From NCBI GenBank assembly GCA_973895155.1, contig OZ316898.1, positions 8,419,079 to 8,483,078 on the forward strand: a stretch of DNA of 64,000 bases, in the 5' to 3' direction. A program made the translations under genes and the position numbers. Positions within the stretch are counted from its first letter, which is position 1, and each line of letters begins with the position of its first letter. Shown in pieces: positions 1-13,331 of the stretch. The notes below the pieces were generated by a model that worked only from the letters and a program-made list of their open reading frames with translations, did not search any database and was not told the origin of the DNA. The DNA comes from Marsupella aquatica (Eukaryota > Plantae > Marchantiophyta).

Positions 1-210
1 CTTGAATCCTGTGTCATTAATGTACATAGAATCTTGTTTCCTTCCATCTTTTGTCCTTAAACTTGAGTCTTGCATGTTCCTTGAATCATGTGTCCTTAGG
101 GGTTGAGTCTTGTTTCCTTAAATCCTGTGCCCTTAATGTAATGTCTTGTGTCCTTTCTTCCTGCGTCCTTACATTTGAGTCTTGTTTCCATAAATTTGAG
201 TCTTGAATCA
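1..210. repeat. Degenerate minisatellite (TTGAGTCTTG/TGTCCTT motifs), probably intronic
   Basis: Repeated ttgagtcttg, cttgaatc and tgtcctt motifs. Resembles the reverse complement of the array at ~8700-9120. Confidence 0.6.
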
Positions 211-357
211 AGTGCCCTTTACATTCCATTTCATTGTTATAGAGCCTATAGATTGGTATGTACTTCTGAGCTATTGTATCTAACTCCAATTATTCTAGAA
301 CATTGACCGTATGGTGATGAGGTTTTGAATAGTAAAGAACATTGAAGAAGATTTGTT

Positions 358-2355
358 GTGCTTGCAGAACTCAACAATTCTGGCCCGTTTCATGTGCAGT
401 TGTATTTCTACACGAGGTTTATGTCAGCCAACCCTGCTGTGAAGATTGGTTACATATCATTTCACAAGTTAAAGCCATGGTTTGTAAAACGCTTGAAAAC
501 CTTTGATAGTTGTTGCTGCAAATATTGCACTGAGATTCGAGAGCTGAAAGATGGGTTGAATAATTTGCGGGTCTCAGATTTACACAAGAATTGTATGTGT
601 GCCTGCTCACAGATATGTAGACCTGTAGACCTTGTACAACCAGGGAATCAGAATGATTGCTTGGAAAATCTAATGGCTGTAAAAGGTGTTACAGAGTTGT
701 GGCAGTCTGTGGTTTGCCCCCTCAAGGAGAATGCCATATGGCATGATCTAGCTTGTATAAAAGGTCAGTGTAGAAGCTGTGGCTTCAAGCTTCTGAAATT
801 TTTCCCCCACGAACAAGATGAAGCAAATAGTATTGTGGTACCTTGGCGTCGTTTTGAAGACGTTGATGCTGGTAGTACGCGAGCAGGTGATCCCAAAAAG
901 GTTATCCGTTTAGTTCATAAGGAAACTAACCCAAGTACCTTTGTAGGATATTTGAAACCAAAGTTAGAACAATTCCTTCTACACAATTTCATTGCACGAT
1001 GGCAACATCAAATGTATAAGGATTGTTTAGCCAGACAAAAGCCTGACACTCTTGTCTCAGTGATAGACTTTGCAGAGAATTATAGTTTTCAGGAACAGAA
1101 TGAGATACAAACGATGCATTGGTTCAATTTTCAGATTACTATACTTGTTCATATAACCTGGAAGCCAAACTCTGATTATGATCCGGATAATGTGAAGTCA
1201 CGGAGTCATATAGCTACATATCACTACTATATATCAGATGACAAAAAGCATGATAGTCTTTTTGTCCAACACTGTTTTGAGCTTCACTGGAATTGGTTGC
1301 AGTTAACAGATCCACCTCTACCCGTAGAGCATATTGTATTTAGCGATGGCTGTAGTGGGCAATTTAAGTGTGCTCGTGCTTGGTACCATGTAGCTAGATA
1401 CCAAGAGAAGACAAAATGCCCTGAATTACCAATTGGTTGTGTAATGGGTTGGCATTTCTTTGGATCTGGGCATGGCAAGGGTACTTGGGATGGAGCAAGG
1501 GCACATTTGAAGAACTTCCTCCGATCAGAGCAAGTCAAATCCAGCAGCCAAAAATTGCACAATGCAGCTGATGTTGTCAAGTTTTGCAATAAACACATGA
1601 GTATGCCACATGCTGCATACGAGAGGGCAAAAATGGAGGTCAGACGATATTTTCACTTGGTTGGCGTGGGAGACGTGAATCGCACGGTTGGCTGGGATTG
1701 CAAAACTGTGGATGGAAGTCGAAGCAAACACTCAATTCAAAGTGTAATTCATGTGAATCCGACCCTTCTTCGAGTGAGAGAGTTCTCATGCTTCTGTGAT
1801 TACTGTGTGGATGGAGGAGATGGGCCCTGCACTAATGCAACCCATGTGAAGAAGTATGACCTAGTTACATTGGAGCCGTGCATCTCAATTGAGCGTAGTG
1901 ATGAATCTGATGGTTTTGAAGATGATTATGAGCAACGAATATCTACTGATGGAGAGATGTTGGCCTCTACCTTAGAAGAGGGTGATCACTTTGCAGTACT
2001 TGCAGAATCAGGTAGCGAGAACGGGGCTCAATTTTGGATATTGTTATGTACTGAACGTGTTCACATGGTTGAAGAAGAAAGCAAAGTAGATGTGTATGGG
2101 CAGACTGTCACAAGAGGAGAACAAATAGTGGTAGGCAAGTATTATAAGTAGCAAGGTCGCAGTCCGTATTCTTATGTGCTTTGCAGTGAAGGCGAAGCTT
2201 ATATTTACTCACATCTAGTTCGGGCTGTAAAATTTCCAATGTTGCAAGCTGCACATAGACAACGAGGAAATATTACAGTGTACAAACTTGATAGCACAAC
2301 TCATGCTAGGCTTGATTCAGTCATACAAGAGCATCTTGAAGATGCAGAGGAATAA
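358..2355 (+). pseudogene. Sola2-like DDD transposase (3' exon) with one premature stop
   Basis: Motifs CCCKYC, DFAENY, YYISDD.KHD, FSDGCSGQFK, FFGSGHGKGTWDG and SCFCDYC. TAG at 2149-2151 is followed in frame by QGRSPYSYVL...EHLEDAEE up to TAA at 2355. Likely splice acceptor ttgcag near 368. Confidence 0.8.
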
Positions 2356-5300
2356 AGAAGAACAAGTAAGGAGGTCTAGAAGGGCCCCTGATAGGGGGGC
2401 ATGGTGCTGGCGGAGCTGTGCGAGCTGAGCTTGAGTTGGGTGAGCTCGTAGGGATGGTGGTTGCTGGTCACTGTGATCGGCTGACATTGTTGTTTCTTTC
2501 CGGTTCTGATTAGAATTGAGATTTCTAAAAAGTTGATGAGACATCTGCTTCCGGATTATGAGCTTCCGGAAGCTTTTGGAACTTTCGTGACTGAAAAGGG
2601 TATGTCGTGGAGAACGTGCTGATGGGCTGTGGCAGCGGAGCACAAGCTTTTGAGAGCTTGCATGGCAGTTGAGCTGAGGAGGGGTTCGGCCAGAGGTTGG
2701 GATGATTCTCAGCTTGAGCTTAGAGGGCATGAATAGGAGCAATAGGCTTTGCTCTGTCTTTGCTGAGATGTTACTTACTCTGGTTCAGCGCAGTGTTTGA
2801 GGTTGCGTCGGGTGAAGCTTGGATTGACGACCAAGTTATCAGCATTGGCTTTACGTGCTTGATTTGGGATACTGGCTTGGGAAGTTTTCAAGGGAGGGTG
2901 GAGCAGCGAGAAGGTGAAACTGGGGAGAGGCAGTCGGGAAAGTAAAGGACCTTTGGACGTTGGGTGGTGCCGACATTATTGATGAAATGGAGATTCGGGC
3001 GAAGCTATGAAGAGTTGTGAGAGCTCTGAGAGCTGCTAGTGCTCATCTGGTTGGGGAGCTTTGGAGATTGTTGGGAGAAAATGATGTACTCGTTTTTGGT
3101 ATGGATTGATTGAGCTGATTTGAGGTGCAATTGGAACCTGGATAAGGGAGCTATTGGAAGCTTCCGATCTTTTTCTACAACTTCTGAATTGCAATTGGGA
3201 AGGTTTGAGGGATCCGTGAATGATGGAGTGGGAAAGAATTGGCACCTTGTTCTCTTTTCTGGGTGCTATTTTTACACTATTTAGTGTCTTATGATCGAGA
3301 GGGAGGAGCATTTGGTAGTTTGCATCAGAGCTGGTTCTTGTTAAGATCTCGGTTAAGATTTAACCTGCTAGCTTGCAAAAGGCTTAGAAGCATTTTGACC
3401 TGGAATTAGAGAGGGATGGACGGCTATGGTTGGCAGGAAACTTTTGCTCTATGTTTAGCAGCTCAAGTTTACTACAATTTGACTATGGAAGAGACTGGAC
3501 GAGTGCGACAGTGTTTGAGGAGCCTGGGAGCTTGCAAAGGGGAGTCTATAAGGCGATGGCTTATTGAAGTTTAAGGGCGAAAGAACATTTGAGCCTTGTC
3601 ACTCAAGTTTGCTTTAAGTTGTTGTTCCAGCCGTGTTGGTAATGGCGCTGACGGGAGTAAGGAGATTGCGGCTAGAAGATGGTCCACTAGTGCTGATCAT
3701 TTGTTGGAAGGGAGCAGACTGGCAAGGTGCTTGCAATGTTGGATATGAAGACACTGGTCAAAAGATGGCGTTGGTTGCTGCCGGAGTGAAGAGCTGATTT
3801 TGACTTGGGCCATTCAGAAGAAAGCAATGTTGATTGCGAGGTTGATTGTATTGGTTTCGACAACACGATAGACAAAGGAATTGGGTTGAAATTGAAATCT
3901 TTGTTGTGAATGAGAGAAGTTGAGGGTTTGAGCTGGATTTGGACATTGAGACGGCGTCACTGATGATGTTGAGTATGGATTATTAGGGAAATTGGCTTTT
4001 GTTGCCTTAGCTGTTGTGCGCTGACGGCTAATGGCCTGAATGAGGGCTTAAAGTACCTCGTTAGTATGGATAAGAGGATTCGGCCTTCAGGGCGATCTCG
4101 ACTCTACTTTGATACTTGGTGGGGAACGGGTAGATGACTGCGCGGCACTGAGCGAAGGGCGGAGATGTGGGATCTTGAAACTTGGGCGCGATGGCTCTTT
4201 GGTCATGGATGAGAGATGGGATGAGGAGCTTGACAAGCCCTATGCTGCTATTGGTTATTGCCCGGGCTTTAGGGTAGAACGGATTTTTTTTCTCTGAAAA
4301 CAGTTTTTGAGTGCAATGGTTTCCGTGCTCTGAAGGAGGGGATACAGCCCTACACTGACTTGCTGCTGAGGTCTATTGATGCGTGGGGAACCTGAACTGG
4401 TTGTAGGAATTTCAAAGTGGATAGAATTAGGACTTATACTTGACCCCGGGTGACATTGTATTCTGGCCTGAGCGCAAATGTCACTAGGCTGCCTACTTAT
4501 GCTTCTTAGGTTGCTTTTACTTTCCGGACTTCCATGTCAGCTTTCGGGAATGACTTTACTTTGAATGAATGTGCATGCCCGGTTATGATTTAATGACATT
4601 CTCTCTTTCTCCTTTCTGAAGTCACAAATGCAAGTACGCTTCAAGGATAGGTGACTTTTTGGGGGGGGCGAGACTCCCAACATTGTTTGGGGGAATCCTC
4701 ATTATCCGAAGACTGATCCGGTCCGAACTCGAAGTTGGAAAGCATTTTGTTGGCTAAGATTTAGTTTTTAGGGTGTAGCTCGTGCAGTTGAGTAGTATGT
4801 GCAGCTGAATGAGCGTGCTTGTGATCTTGCAATGTTAGTATAGACACTTAGGTTTAATTTGTTCTCTGTTTTTTATAACTGAACTAAGACATCGAACTTG
4901 CATACAAAAATTCTTGCAAATACAGTCATACACGCTCGAGCTTAATTTACTCCCCGTGGATCGATACTTGCATGTATGGAATGATTCCACCCCCTCGATC
5001 ACTTGTCACCCTATCTAGACAAAGCAGAAGGCCACACTCCTGATTAGGCCCTGCTTGGATCGGGCCTTAAGCATTGTATTACTTTAAAACTAACAGTGCA
5101 AAAAATAAAAATTGTGGAAGAATGTGTAGAGTCGCTCAATCTCTATACACTTTAGTCATTCAGTTCATTCTCAAAACATAGCCATTCTCTCCAGAAAATA
5201 AGTTGAATTTTTGGGTGTCTTTTCTTCTTTATTTGATATGTGTTTTAGTGCCTTTTTGGACTAACTTTCAGACACATCAAGTACTTTGCGTCAAGTGCTT

Positions 5301-5843
5301 CACAGCAAGTGCTTATTTTTTTAACAAGTGGTGTGTATGCAGCTGATGTTGGTCGTGAAGCCAAATAGGATTGTATGCTTGACCGTTGTTGGCTGATGTC
5401 CAGGTGAGTGACCCTGTCATCAGATTGCAATGTAGTGCAGCAGAGACACTTAAAGTTCAATTTACGCCCAGTCTTTGTAACGAATGAACTGAGATGGCCT
5501 TACCTTAGGTCTTGTTCCTCAATCAAGCCAGAAACACAACAAAAAAGGACCTGGCAGTATTACCAAAAGCCATGGGTTCGGGCACCATTCCAAGCAACAA
5601 GGTAAAGTTCTGCGCACAATCAACTAATAGGACTTGATCCACAAATTTTATTGCAAATATAGAAATTGCTTCCCTTGCCATCAAATGTCTGGAAAGCAAT
5701 TGTGCAAGCGCGCAGGTAATACAATGCTTTAAAAAACACTCAGCTATATACCTACTTAGTTGAAAGGAATCTATCACTCCTGAAATCTCTAAATAATCAC
5801 GGAAAGCCACACCAAGCTATTCTCGCACTGTAAAGATATTCTA

Positions 5844-8435
5844 TCATGAAAAGGAGTTGAAATTTTTTGGTGCCCTGGATTTCTTCTTTGGCCTACGTGT
5901 TTTAGTGACTTTCGGGACTTCCATGTCAGCTGCTTCACCCCGAGTGATCCTCTTTTCACAAGTAGGGTTTGGGGACAATGGATTTCTCTTCCTCTTTCCC
6001 CCAATAGTTCCAGATTTCTTCTTGGTCACAAAACTCTCATGCTGTATATCTTCATTCTCCTTCAGCAAAGAACCCTTGGATTCTTGCTCTATCTTCTCAA
6101 GCTTCACAACAATGCCATTCTTGCTAATGTTCTTGTCTATTGTAACCTCTCGAGCTCTAAGGAGCGAATTATCCTCACCTTCTGTATCCGAGTCATCCGA
6201 GGATAAGAATGAAATGTGCTCATGCTTCATGTCCCTCCCCAAAATAGGCCGAGGAGGGTAGTGCACTAATCCAGATTGAAACAATGGTTCAGAATCTGAA
6301 TCACCTGACTTATCCTCCAATACAGTTTCGTTTTGAGCTCCACTAATCTCCATCTGCAGACTTGGTTTGGTATTCTGCTTCTTAACTCTTCTTGATTCTG
6401 TTTGCTCAATCTGTGGCACTATCAAGGTATCAAACGCGATATTCAGATTAAGTGCTTGAGAGGTAGGAGCCCGGGTAGGAGGCCTCACAAAAGTTGGTAC
6501 TTCACTTCTGAATTCTGCAGACTGTCTAATCTTCAATGGACTTGTAACTTCCAACAGTGGGCTGATGTCTGGAATTGAAGATCCTTGTTTGCTCTCCAAA
6601 GAAGAGATAATTGGCTCATGCTGTCCAGCGTGGGTCATGAAGGAATATGATAAATCAGGTTGCTCATTTACACAACTATCCCACCCATGAGCCTCAATAT
6701 CATCAGCAAGCATATTGAAGTGGTCGTTTTGTAGCGCAATGATCTGCTGGTCTTGAGCTAGGACCTCCTCTTGCATAGTAGGACCTGAAAGCATTTGAAA
6801 TAGAGTTAGACTCGAGATGATCTTTCAATAAGCTGTACATAACATTTCAAACCTTTAGTATCTGAGAACAAATGATCAGATTTGCATTGATTTAGAATTA
6901 ATTTCAAATAAGACATGACCAAAACTGTCAAGAAAGAGAATTAAAAATACATACATGCTCCAGTGAGCTTGTCCATCCTCTTTCGTTCGCCTTCCTTTGC
7001 AGCATCTCCATTTTGAAGCAAAGGTCGCACTCCAACAGACACAAGCCAGTCTTTGTGGAAATCCTTTCCACAAGAAGGAACTTTACAACGCAAAGCTTGT
7101 TTGGCATGTGAAAACATACAAATCATGTGATATGTATGTCCACAACTGGCCACCAAAATGTCATTCAACTTAAAACCATGTCCACAAACAGGACAGTCAT
7201 TGACTTCAATGAGCGGATTACAACCAGAGACATAAGATACTTCACTATTGTAGTCAAGGCAGCTGACTACAGGTTGAGGATAAAAGCAACTTCCACCTCC
7301 CTCTTTCATCTGTGTAAACTGCTGATCAACAAGGAGAATCTGGGCCATTATATCTTGTACTTTTTGTTTCTTGGCAGCAAGTGTAGCGAGAGAAACAATG
7401 ACCTTACTGCTAGCTGTCTCACACTCCTTACGGCTGATGTTGAGCATGCTTAATGCAATCTCGTCACTCTTTGTGGCCCATTCTAGCTTTTGTTGGACTT
7501 CACGGATCTTAGAAGGTGCTGAAACAATGCTAGAGGAATCTATGTTTAGCAGCGTTTGAAAACAGTCATTCTCACAAATTTCTCCATCTCTAGCAAGTCC
7601 TGGTAACTCTCCTTGAAGTCCATGTTTTGTTACCAAATGATTCAGTTCTCTCACTAGTTCTAGTCTATGAGATTCAGAATCAAGATAGACTTTCTCTCGA
7701 CCTTCTAACTGCATTTTGGACACCTGCGAAGTTGCCACATCAGTTGTGTACTGTTCTTGAGACTCTAGAACATTTTTCCTTGCCACAAGCAAAAACGTCT
7801 TCAAGGTTGTTGATAAATCACCCACTCGAGAAATTTCTTCTTCTTTCCAATCTGGAATCTCGGGTAGGCTGATCCGAGTTGGACCTCCAGAGCAGCTGAT
7901 CTTCAACGGGATAACTGGCATGCTAGAATCGCCACTCTCCAATTTCACACGTGAAGGGCGCCTTGTGCCGTGAGTACCACATTTTCCAATTGCAAGCTGC
8001 TGTCCACTTTTAGACTCTTCATGGCCTACTGTACCTTGCTCTTTTCGTTCACGATTTAATGCCTTGGTTGTCTTCAGGTCAGTTGCATACCTATGACTAT
8101 GCACAACATATTTTGCCCAATCCAAAGCTTGGCCTTTCAGCCAAGCCACCACACCTCGGGCAAAGCATTGGTTTATTGTAGAGTTCATCACTTTACTTTT
8201 TCCAGTGACTCTTCGATACAACTCCTCAATACTTGAAACCACCTTTGGTTGTGGTTTCCGATCATACCTGTATCCACTCTTGGAATACATTGGTCCGAAC
8301 ACTGCTTCAATCTCTGCCACAGAAATATCCTCATTTGTCAAAGTTGTGATGTCCATCCCGCCTATAGCCAAACCTCTATTCTTAACAAACCAATGGACAT
8401 CTCGAATCTCCTCCCCCATATTGCCAAATTCTTAA
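5844..8435 (-). CDS. Spliced cargo gene: unknown N-terminal domain, coiled coil, RING finger, low-complexity basic tail
   Basis: ORFs 6941-8419 (492 aa; CPVC...CGHTYHMIC...CKVPSC RING) and 5844-6794 (316 aa). They are separated by a GTATGT...TACAG intron (~6835-6955). Convergent with the transposase, inside the TIR boundary. Confidence 0.65.
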
Positions 8436-8699
8436 TCTGCACATTCAATTGCAAGAACAAATCAGCTCCAGCTCATTTGCTAAACCTATAGGCCACATAT
8501 ATAAATTGAAGTCCATCATGCACAGAGACAGCTAGATACTAAATGACCAAAGAGTGCATCTATCATAGGGCTGATAATCTATATAATGCGCTTCACGTAC
8601 ACCAGTTTTCTCAGGTAAACAACAACTTAATTAAATAGCAGGGCTTGCTGACAAGCAATCATGTCAAGTAAGCGACATACATGTCTAGACTTTAGGGAC

Positions 8700-9120
8700 T
8701 TAACAGGAAAACAGGAAAACTGGAAACAAGAGTGGACATCGATAACAGGAATCAACAGGAAAATAAGTATACACAACTTCAAGAAAATGAACAAGAACAA
8801 GGACTCAAGGAGATTAATAGGATAAAGGAAATTTGCATGTACACTTCAAGGAAATTAACAGGAACAAGGACTCAAGAAAGCAAGATGCCTGGACTCAAGG
8901 AAATTAACAGGATAACAGGATTATGTATAGTTCAAGGAAATTAACAGGGAAAAAGGACTCAAGAAAGCTGACAGGATAAAAGGATTACGTACACTTCAAC
9001 AAAAGTACTAGGGAAAAAGGACATAGGACTAGACATGAAGGAAAATAACAAGGAAGGAGGAAATAGGACACGACACTTTCAAGAAAGCTGGATGACAAGG
9101 AACGGGCCAGGAAAATAGAA
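8700..9120. repeat. Degenerate minisatellite (AAGGACTCAAG / AATTAACAGGA motifs)
   Basis: Multiple copies of ggactcaag and gaaattaacagg upstream of, or in a 5' intron of, the RING gene. Confidence 0.7.
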
Positions 9121-10552
9121 CGGCACTGCTTGTGGATACAGGAAAACAGTCATAACAAAATGTCAAGGATAGAGGTCCCGGTAGAATTAAGGAACATGCA
9201 TGACTAGAACTCCAAGGAACAAAGAGCATACTTAGCACGCAAGGAAAAAATAGTAACTTCAATGCACATAATCAATCTTCAGAAAATGAACCAGATTTAG
9301 CTTCACAAGACACAAGATTTCAAGCTTGACCAAGCAGCAAGAGAGTCGATTCATCTACCTAGCAATCCTTAGCTTAATTAAGCACACATGACTGGACATA
9401 AAAAATGGAACAAGCTAAAATAATGACACGGCGTACATGATTGGGATTCCAGTTCAAAGTCGTAAGTTGAAATTCTGGTGATAAAGCTTTTGCTCGATCG
9501 GATGCAAGGACAAGTTTGACTGCATGAGGGTTGATCTCAATCTATGAGCTGTATTACGATCATGGCAGAATAGAACACACACAACAGCACAAATCAGTAT
9601 GCTGAGAATTGGGGTTCCTGATCTTTGAAACTTACTAATGACATTTAATTAATTAACCTGAATCCTACCCGGCTTCCTACTTAGATAAACCAGAATCCAC
9701 GATATTCAAGCTAGGCGCACCAGATTGAGCTTCAAGGGACTACACTTAGGTTAAAGACAGAGATTTCAACCTCAGATAGGGTACACCCAAGGATACGTAC
9801 ACCTATCCAACAATCTTCAACTAGTTAAATTAAACGTACATGAATGGACATTGAATAGTTGAAGCGAGAAGGGACGTACCGAGCTCAAATATAATGACAC
9901 ATACATGTGTCAGTTGCAAGATGAAATTATGTTTATAAACCTTGTATAGAACTGGAATGCAATGACAACTTCAACTGCGCGCTGCATGAGCTAATTTCTA
10001 CAACTTAAACCCTGGAATCATATTAGGGTTGTCTTTGGCAACTAGCGCACCATCTCTAGGGATCTCCTCTTACCAAGAGCTATTGAATCAAGCATAGCTT
10101 TGGGCAAATTGAAGCTAGTTACGCACCTTCTCTTTCCACTTTGTTTGCATATCAAGGATGTAAAATATGCTCACAGGACATTGCGGGCATCGAAAGATTT
10201 TAAAACTTTTAGTCACCCGTTCATTTTTGATACATCCCGCCCGTGGACCACTAGCCTTGGCGTCGTCAATGTCCTGAGTAAAAGAAATACAGTCCACATA
10301 ATGTTATCAGCATGGCTTCTTGATTCTATAACTGAGCAGAAAAACCTGAAATGTCTCGACAATTTAGCTAGGATTGGGAGGCGCACCTGTTGTTTCCGTA
10401 TCTTTGATTGAGGACATGTGCAAGACATACTCGCAGATTGATGGAATGCTTTCAAAGTAAGGTTGAGAACTTCAATGATAGGAAGCGGGAATGTCAGAAA
10501 AACAAGGGCGCAAAGACCAAGCGGGAGGGAAAATTTCAAAAGTAGTGGAGTG

Positions 10553-10970
10553 GAGCCAAGATTGAAATGCTCATAAAATCTGCCCAAGTTTCAGTGCAAA
10601 ATGCAACGCTACGATGAGGTAAAGCCAAGATTGAATCAGCTGGCTCCGAAGTTCTGCCCAGATTTCAGTGCAAAAAACAACGATGTAATGAGGTTGAGCC
10701 AAGACTGATTCGACTAGCTCATAATTTTGACCAAAATTTCAGGGCAGGCGGCAAAGCCAGCATGAGGTGGAGCCAAGAATTAATCAACTGGCTCATAAAA
10801 TCAGCCCAAATTTCAGCGCAAATGGCAAAGCAAAGATGAGGTGGAGCTAAAAATAAATCAACCAGCTCATCAAATCAGCCCAAATTTCAGCGCAAACAGC
10901 AAAGCAGAGATGAGGTGGAGCCAAGATTGAATGAGTTGGCTCATTAGTTCACCCCAAATTTAAGCGCAAG
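10553..10970. repeat. ~74-bp tandem repeat, ~6 degenerate copies (subterminal)
   Basis: GAGCCAAG-like anchors at 10553, 10622, 10696, 10770, 10844 and 10918, each followed by ...GCTCAT...CCCAAATTTCAG. Confidence 0.8.
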
Positions 10971-11305
10971 AAGATATATTCGTGATTAAAGCTTTTGGAT
11001 CCTTGCAGAGTTTCGGACACTTGAAAGTTGCTGTAGCATTTGACTTAACGTCCATCGTAGATTGATATCTGTATCAAATCCTTACCATCCATTCAAAATA
11101 AGACTCATCTTTTATTTCTGACTTGCTTTGATTGCGGCTGGTTTGGTCATTAGCTATACTTTTAAATTCAAAATTATCAAAGGATTCTAAATACAAAGTC
11201 CTTTCATGTAATCCTTGTTTTTCATACTATTAGATACAAGAGAATTCATATCAAAGTCCTTTACTTAGTTGTTCCTTAAGGGTACACCCAATTGTGAATG
11301 TGGCC

Positions 11306-12111
11306 TGGCGAGTCTGGTGATTAGGCAGGACTTCATGAAATATTACTTCACGACTTTCTTTGATCCTATCTGAGATAGAATCCCATAATCGCTAGGTTGA
11401 AGTATTTTCACAATACCCGACAAATACTAACTTACGGCTCTTCTGGTCAAGTTTCTTCCTGAACTGCTGGGGTACAAGAGTGTAGGCCTCACATCCAAAC
11501 ATTCTGAAATGTGAGATAGAAGGTTTCTTCCCTCACCAAGCTTCATAGCTTGTCTTTTCTTGGAGACTCCTGGTGGGTAGACGATTCAGTGTGTGTACAG
11601 CAATGTGAATTGCCTCTGCCCATAATCGAATAGGAGTTCCAGATGCATACAACATACTTTGTGCACTCTCGATAATGGTACAATTGTCTCGCTCAACTCT
11701 CCCATTCTGCTCAGGTGAGGATGGTGTTGTCACCTCATGAGTGATACCAACATCTTCAAGGTATTGAGAGAAAGATTTGCTCACGTATTCACCTCGGTCC
11801 CCTATCAGTGCGAAGTGTTTTGATTTTTTGACCTATGTCTCTAAAGACCTGTTTTTCAAGCTTCTGAAAATAGGAAAAGACTTCTGACTTTTTCTTTATG
11901 AAATATACATAACGGTAACCGCTATGGTCGTCTTTAAAAAGGACATAATAACAGGCTCCACCCAAACTTCTAACACTCATTGGGCCGCATACATCTGAGT
12001 GAAAGAACTCACCAGCTTGCTTAGCACGTTCATGAGAACTGGGGTTTGGGAATATACGGCGGTGTTGTTTCCCAAGTACACATCCTTCACAAAATGGATC
12101 AGCAGGCTCTT
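11306..12111 (-). pseudogene. copia integrase core (frameshifted)
   Basis: ORFs 11789-11980 and 11533-11784 are joined by a frameshift at RTDRG/EY. HSDVCGP motif upstream, FGCEAY downstream. Confidence 0.9.
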
Positions 12112-12470
12112 TGTGATGCCGCCGGTACGGCGAGTAATGAGTAATTCAGTCTAGACCGCGCTTAGCATGCGTGTTAGGGGTATCTTAGACCGCTATTATT
12201 AGCATAATGACAGTATTTAGGTAACCATTATGAGTAGGAAATCATTAGTCAATAAGGGGAATTCATGTTCGGACTGGCGGCATGTTGCCATTCGCGCGCC
12301 CGGGTTGCGAGCGTGGAGGGGCCCCTCCCTCGGGTCAGTATAACGGACTTAGGGAAGCAGCCACTGACATGCGCTGACTCAGACCAGCGGAGTGGCCGGT
12401 ACACTACAAGCGTGAACGGTTCAGCCTATAGGCAACAAGGAGACGTCGGGTGATCGACGAGCCCTCAAGG

Positions 12471-12477
12471 TATAAAA
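12471..12477 (+). promoter_or_regulatory. Putative TATA box of element A
   Basis: TATAAAA followed by GGGAGCCGA, ~120 bp upstream of ORF1. Element B has CATAAGAGAGGAGCCGA at the equivalent position (~38796). Confidence 0.5.
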
Positions 12478-12590
12478 AGGGAGCCGACCCTTTGTAGTGC
12501 ACCAGTCCATCAGTCCACGCGCCAACTTTGACCCCAGCTCGGGCCCCAGCTCTCTCATTCTCTTTTAGTCGCCACTGCTATCTCCTTTGA

Positions 12591-13331
12591 ATGTCGCACA
12601 CGATCCTCTCCAGTTCGGCCATTTGATTCTGGACGCAGTTCTTATCTATCGGAAGACACTTGGCCGACTCATTGAAACACGCCAACCTGCGCCGATACAA
12701 AATCAAACGCGAGTACGAGAGAGCCATCCGCTTAGCAGGATGACACCACTATATCCTTAACTTTGACTACCCATCTCAGAGCGAGCTTTACCGACCAGCA
12801 GAGGTATCTGGGTACTTCTTCAACGGAGACAAATATATTGGTTTCTGGGAAGCATTGCTTCGGCTTCCGGATGAGGTCTTCAATATCCCGGGTACGATCG
12901 ACTTGCAACGACATCACTTCGACCACATCCCTGTTCAGGTTCGGGCTATCATCAACAACGAGTCCAACACTACCCGTTCGACAAGGCCATCTGCACTTGC
13001 TTCAGAGAACTTCTACCAGCACCTGCAGAGCTTCATGGGAGCTAGACCCTCAACCGCCGGCGCCGGCCCAGTCAACCCATACCCGTACCCGCACCAACGT
13101 AGACTCAGGCTCAGCTTCAGTCTCAGCCTCAGCCTAGCCAACCCATACCGCCGATCGCCCCGCCAGTACAAGTACGCTCCGTCATCAACGCTGTGGACCT
13201 TAGCGACGACGACGAGGCTACCCCACCCTTGCTCAGGCGGCCTAGAGGAGCGAACACTTAAGGGGCCGACACTACATCGTCCCCTCCCCATGTCCGGACC
13301 CAAGGAGCGGCTCCAGCAGACAACACGGTGA
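12591..13331 (+). pseudogene. Element A ORF1, unknown function
   Basis: Frame with internal TGA stops. FWEALLRLPDEVFNIPG...FDHIP aligns with VAEAILEVPAKFFKLKG...FDKIP of element B ORF1. Confidence 0.55.

Larger units (their letters stand above)
1..11305 (+). mobile_element. Large Sola2-like DNA transposon, right part (left end lies upstream of window)
   Basis: Contains a Sola-type DDD transposase. Ends in GGTACACCCAATTGTGAATGTGGCC (11281-11305), matching the right end of the 4-bp-TSD MITE at 49314-49951 (24/25 nt). Copia integrase sequence begins abruptly at 11306. Confidence 0.75.

Noticed and set aside
2356-4300. G/T-skewed region with short ORFs (possible LINE or extra cargo gene on the minus strand)
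   Set aside because: No RT/endonuclease motifs, polyA tail or TSD, and no sustained frame that I can support.
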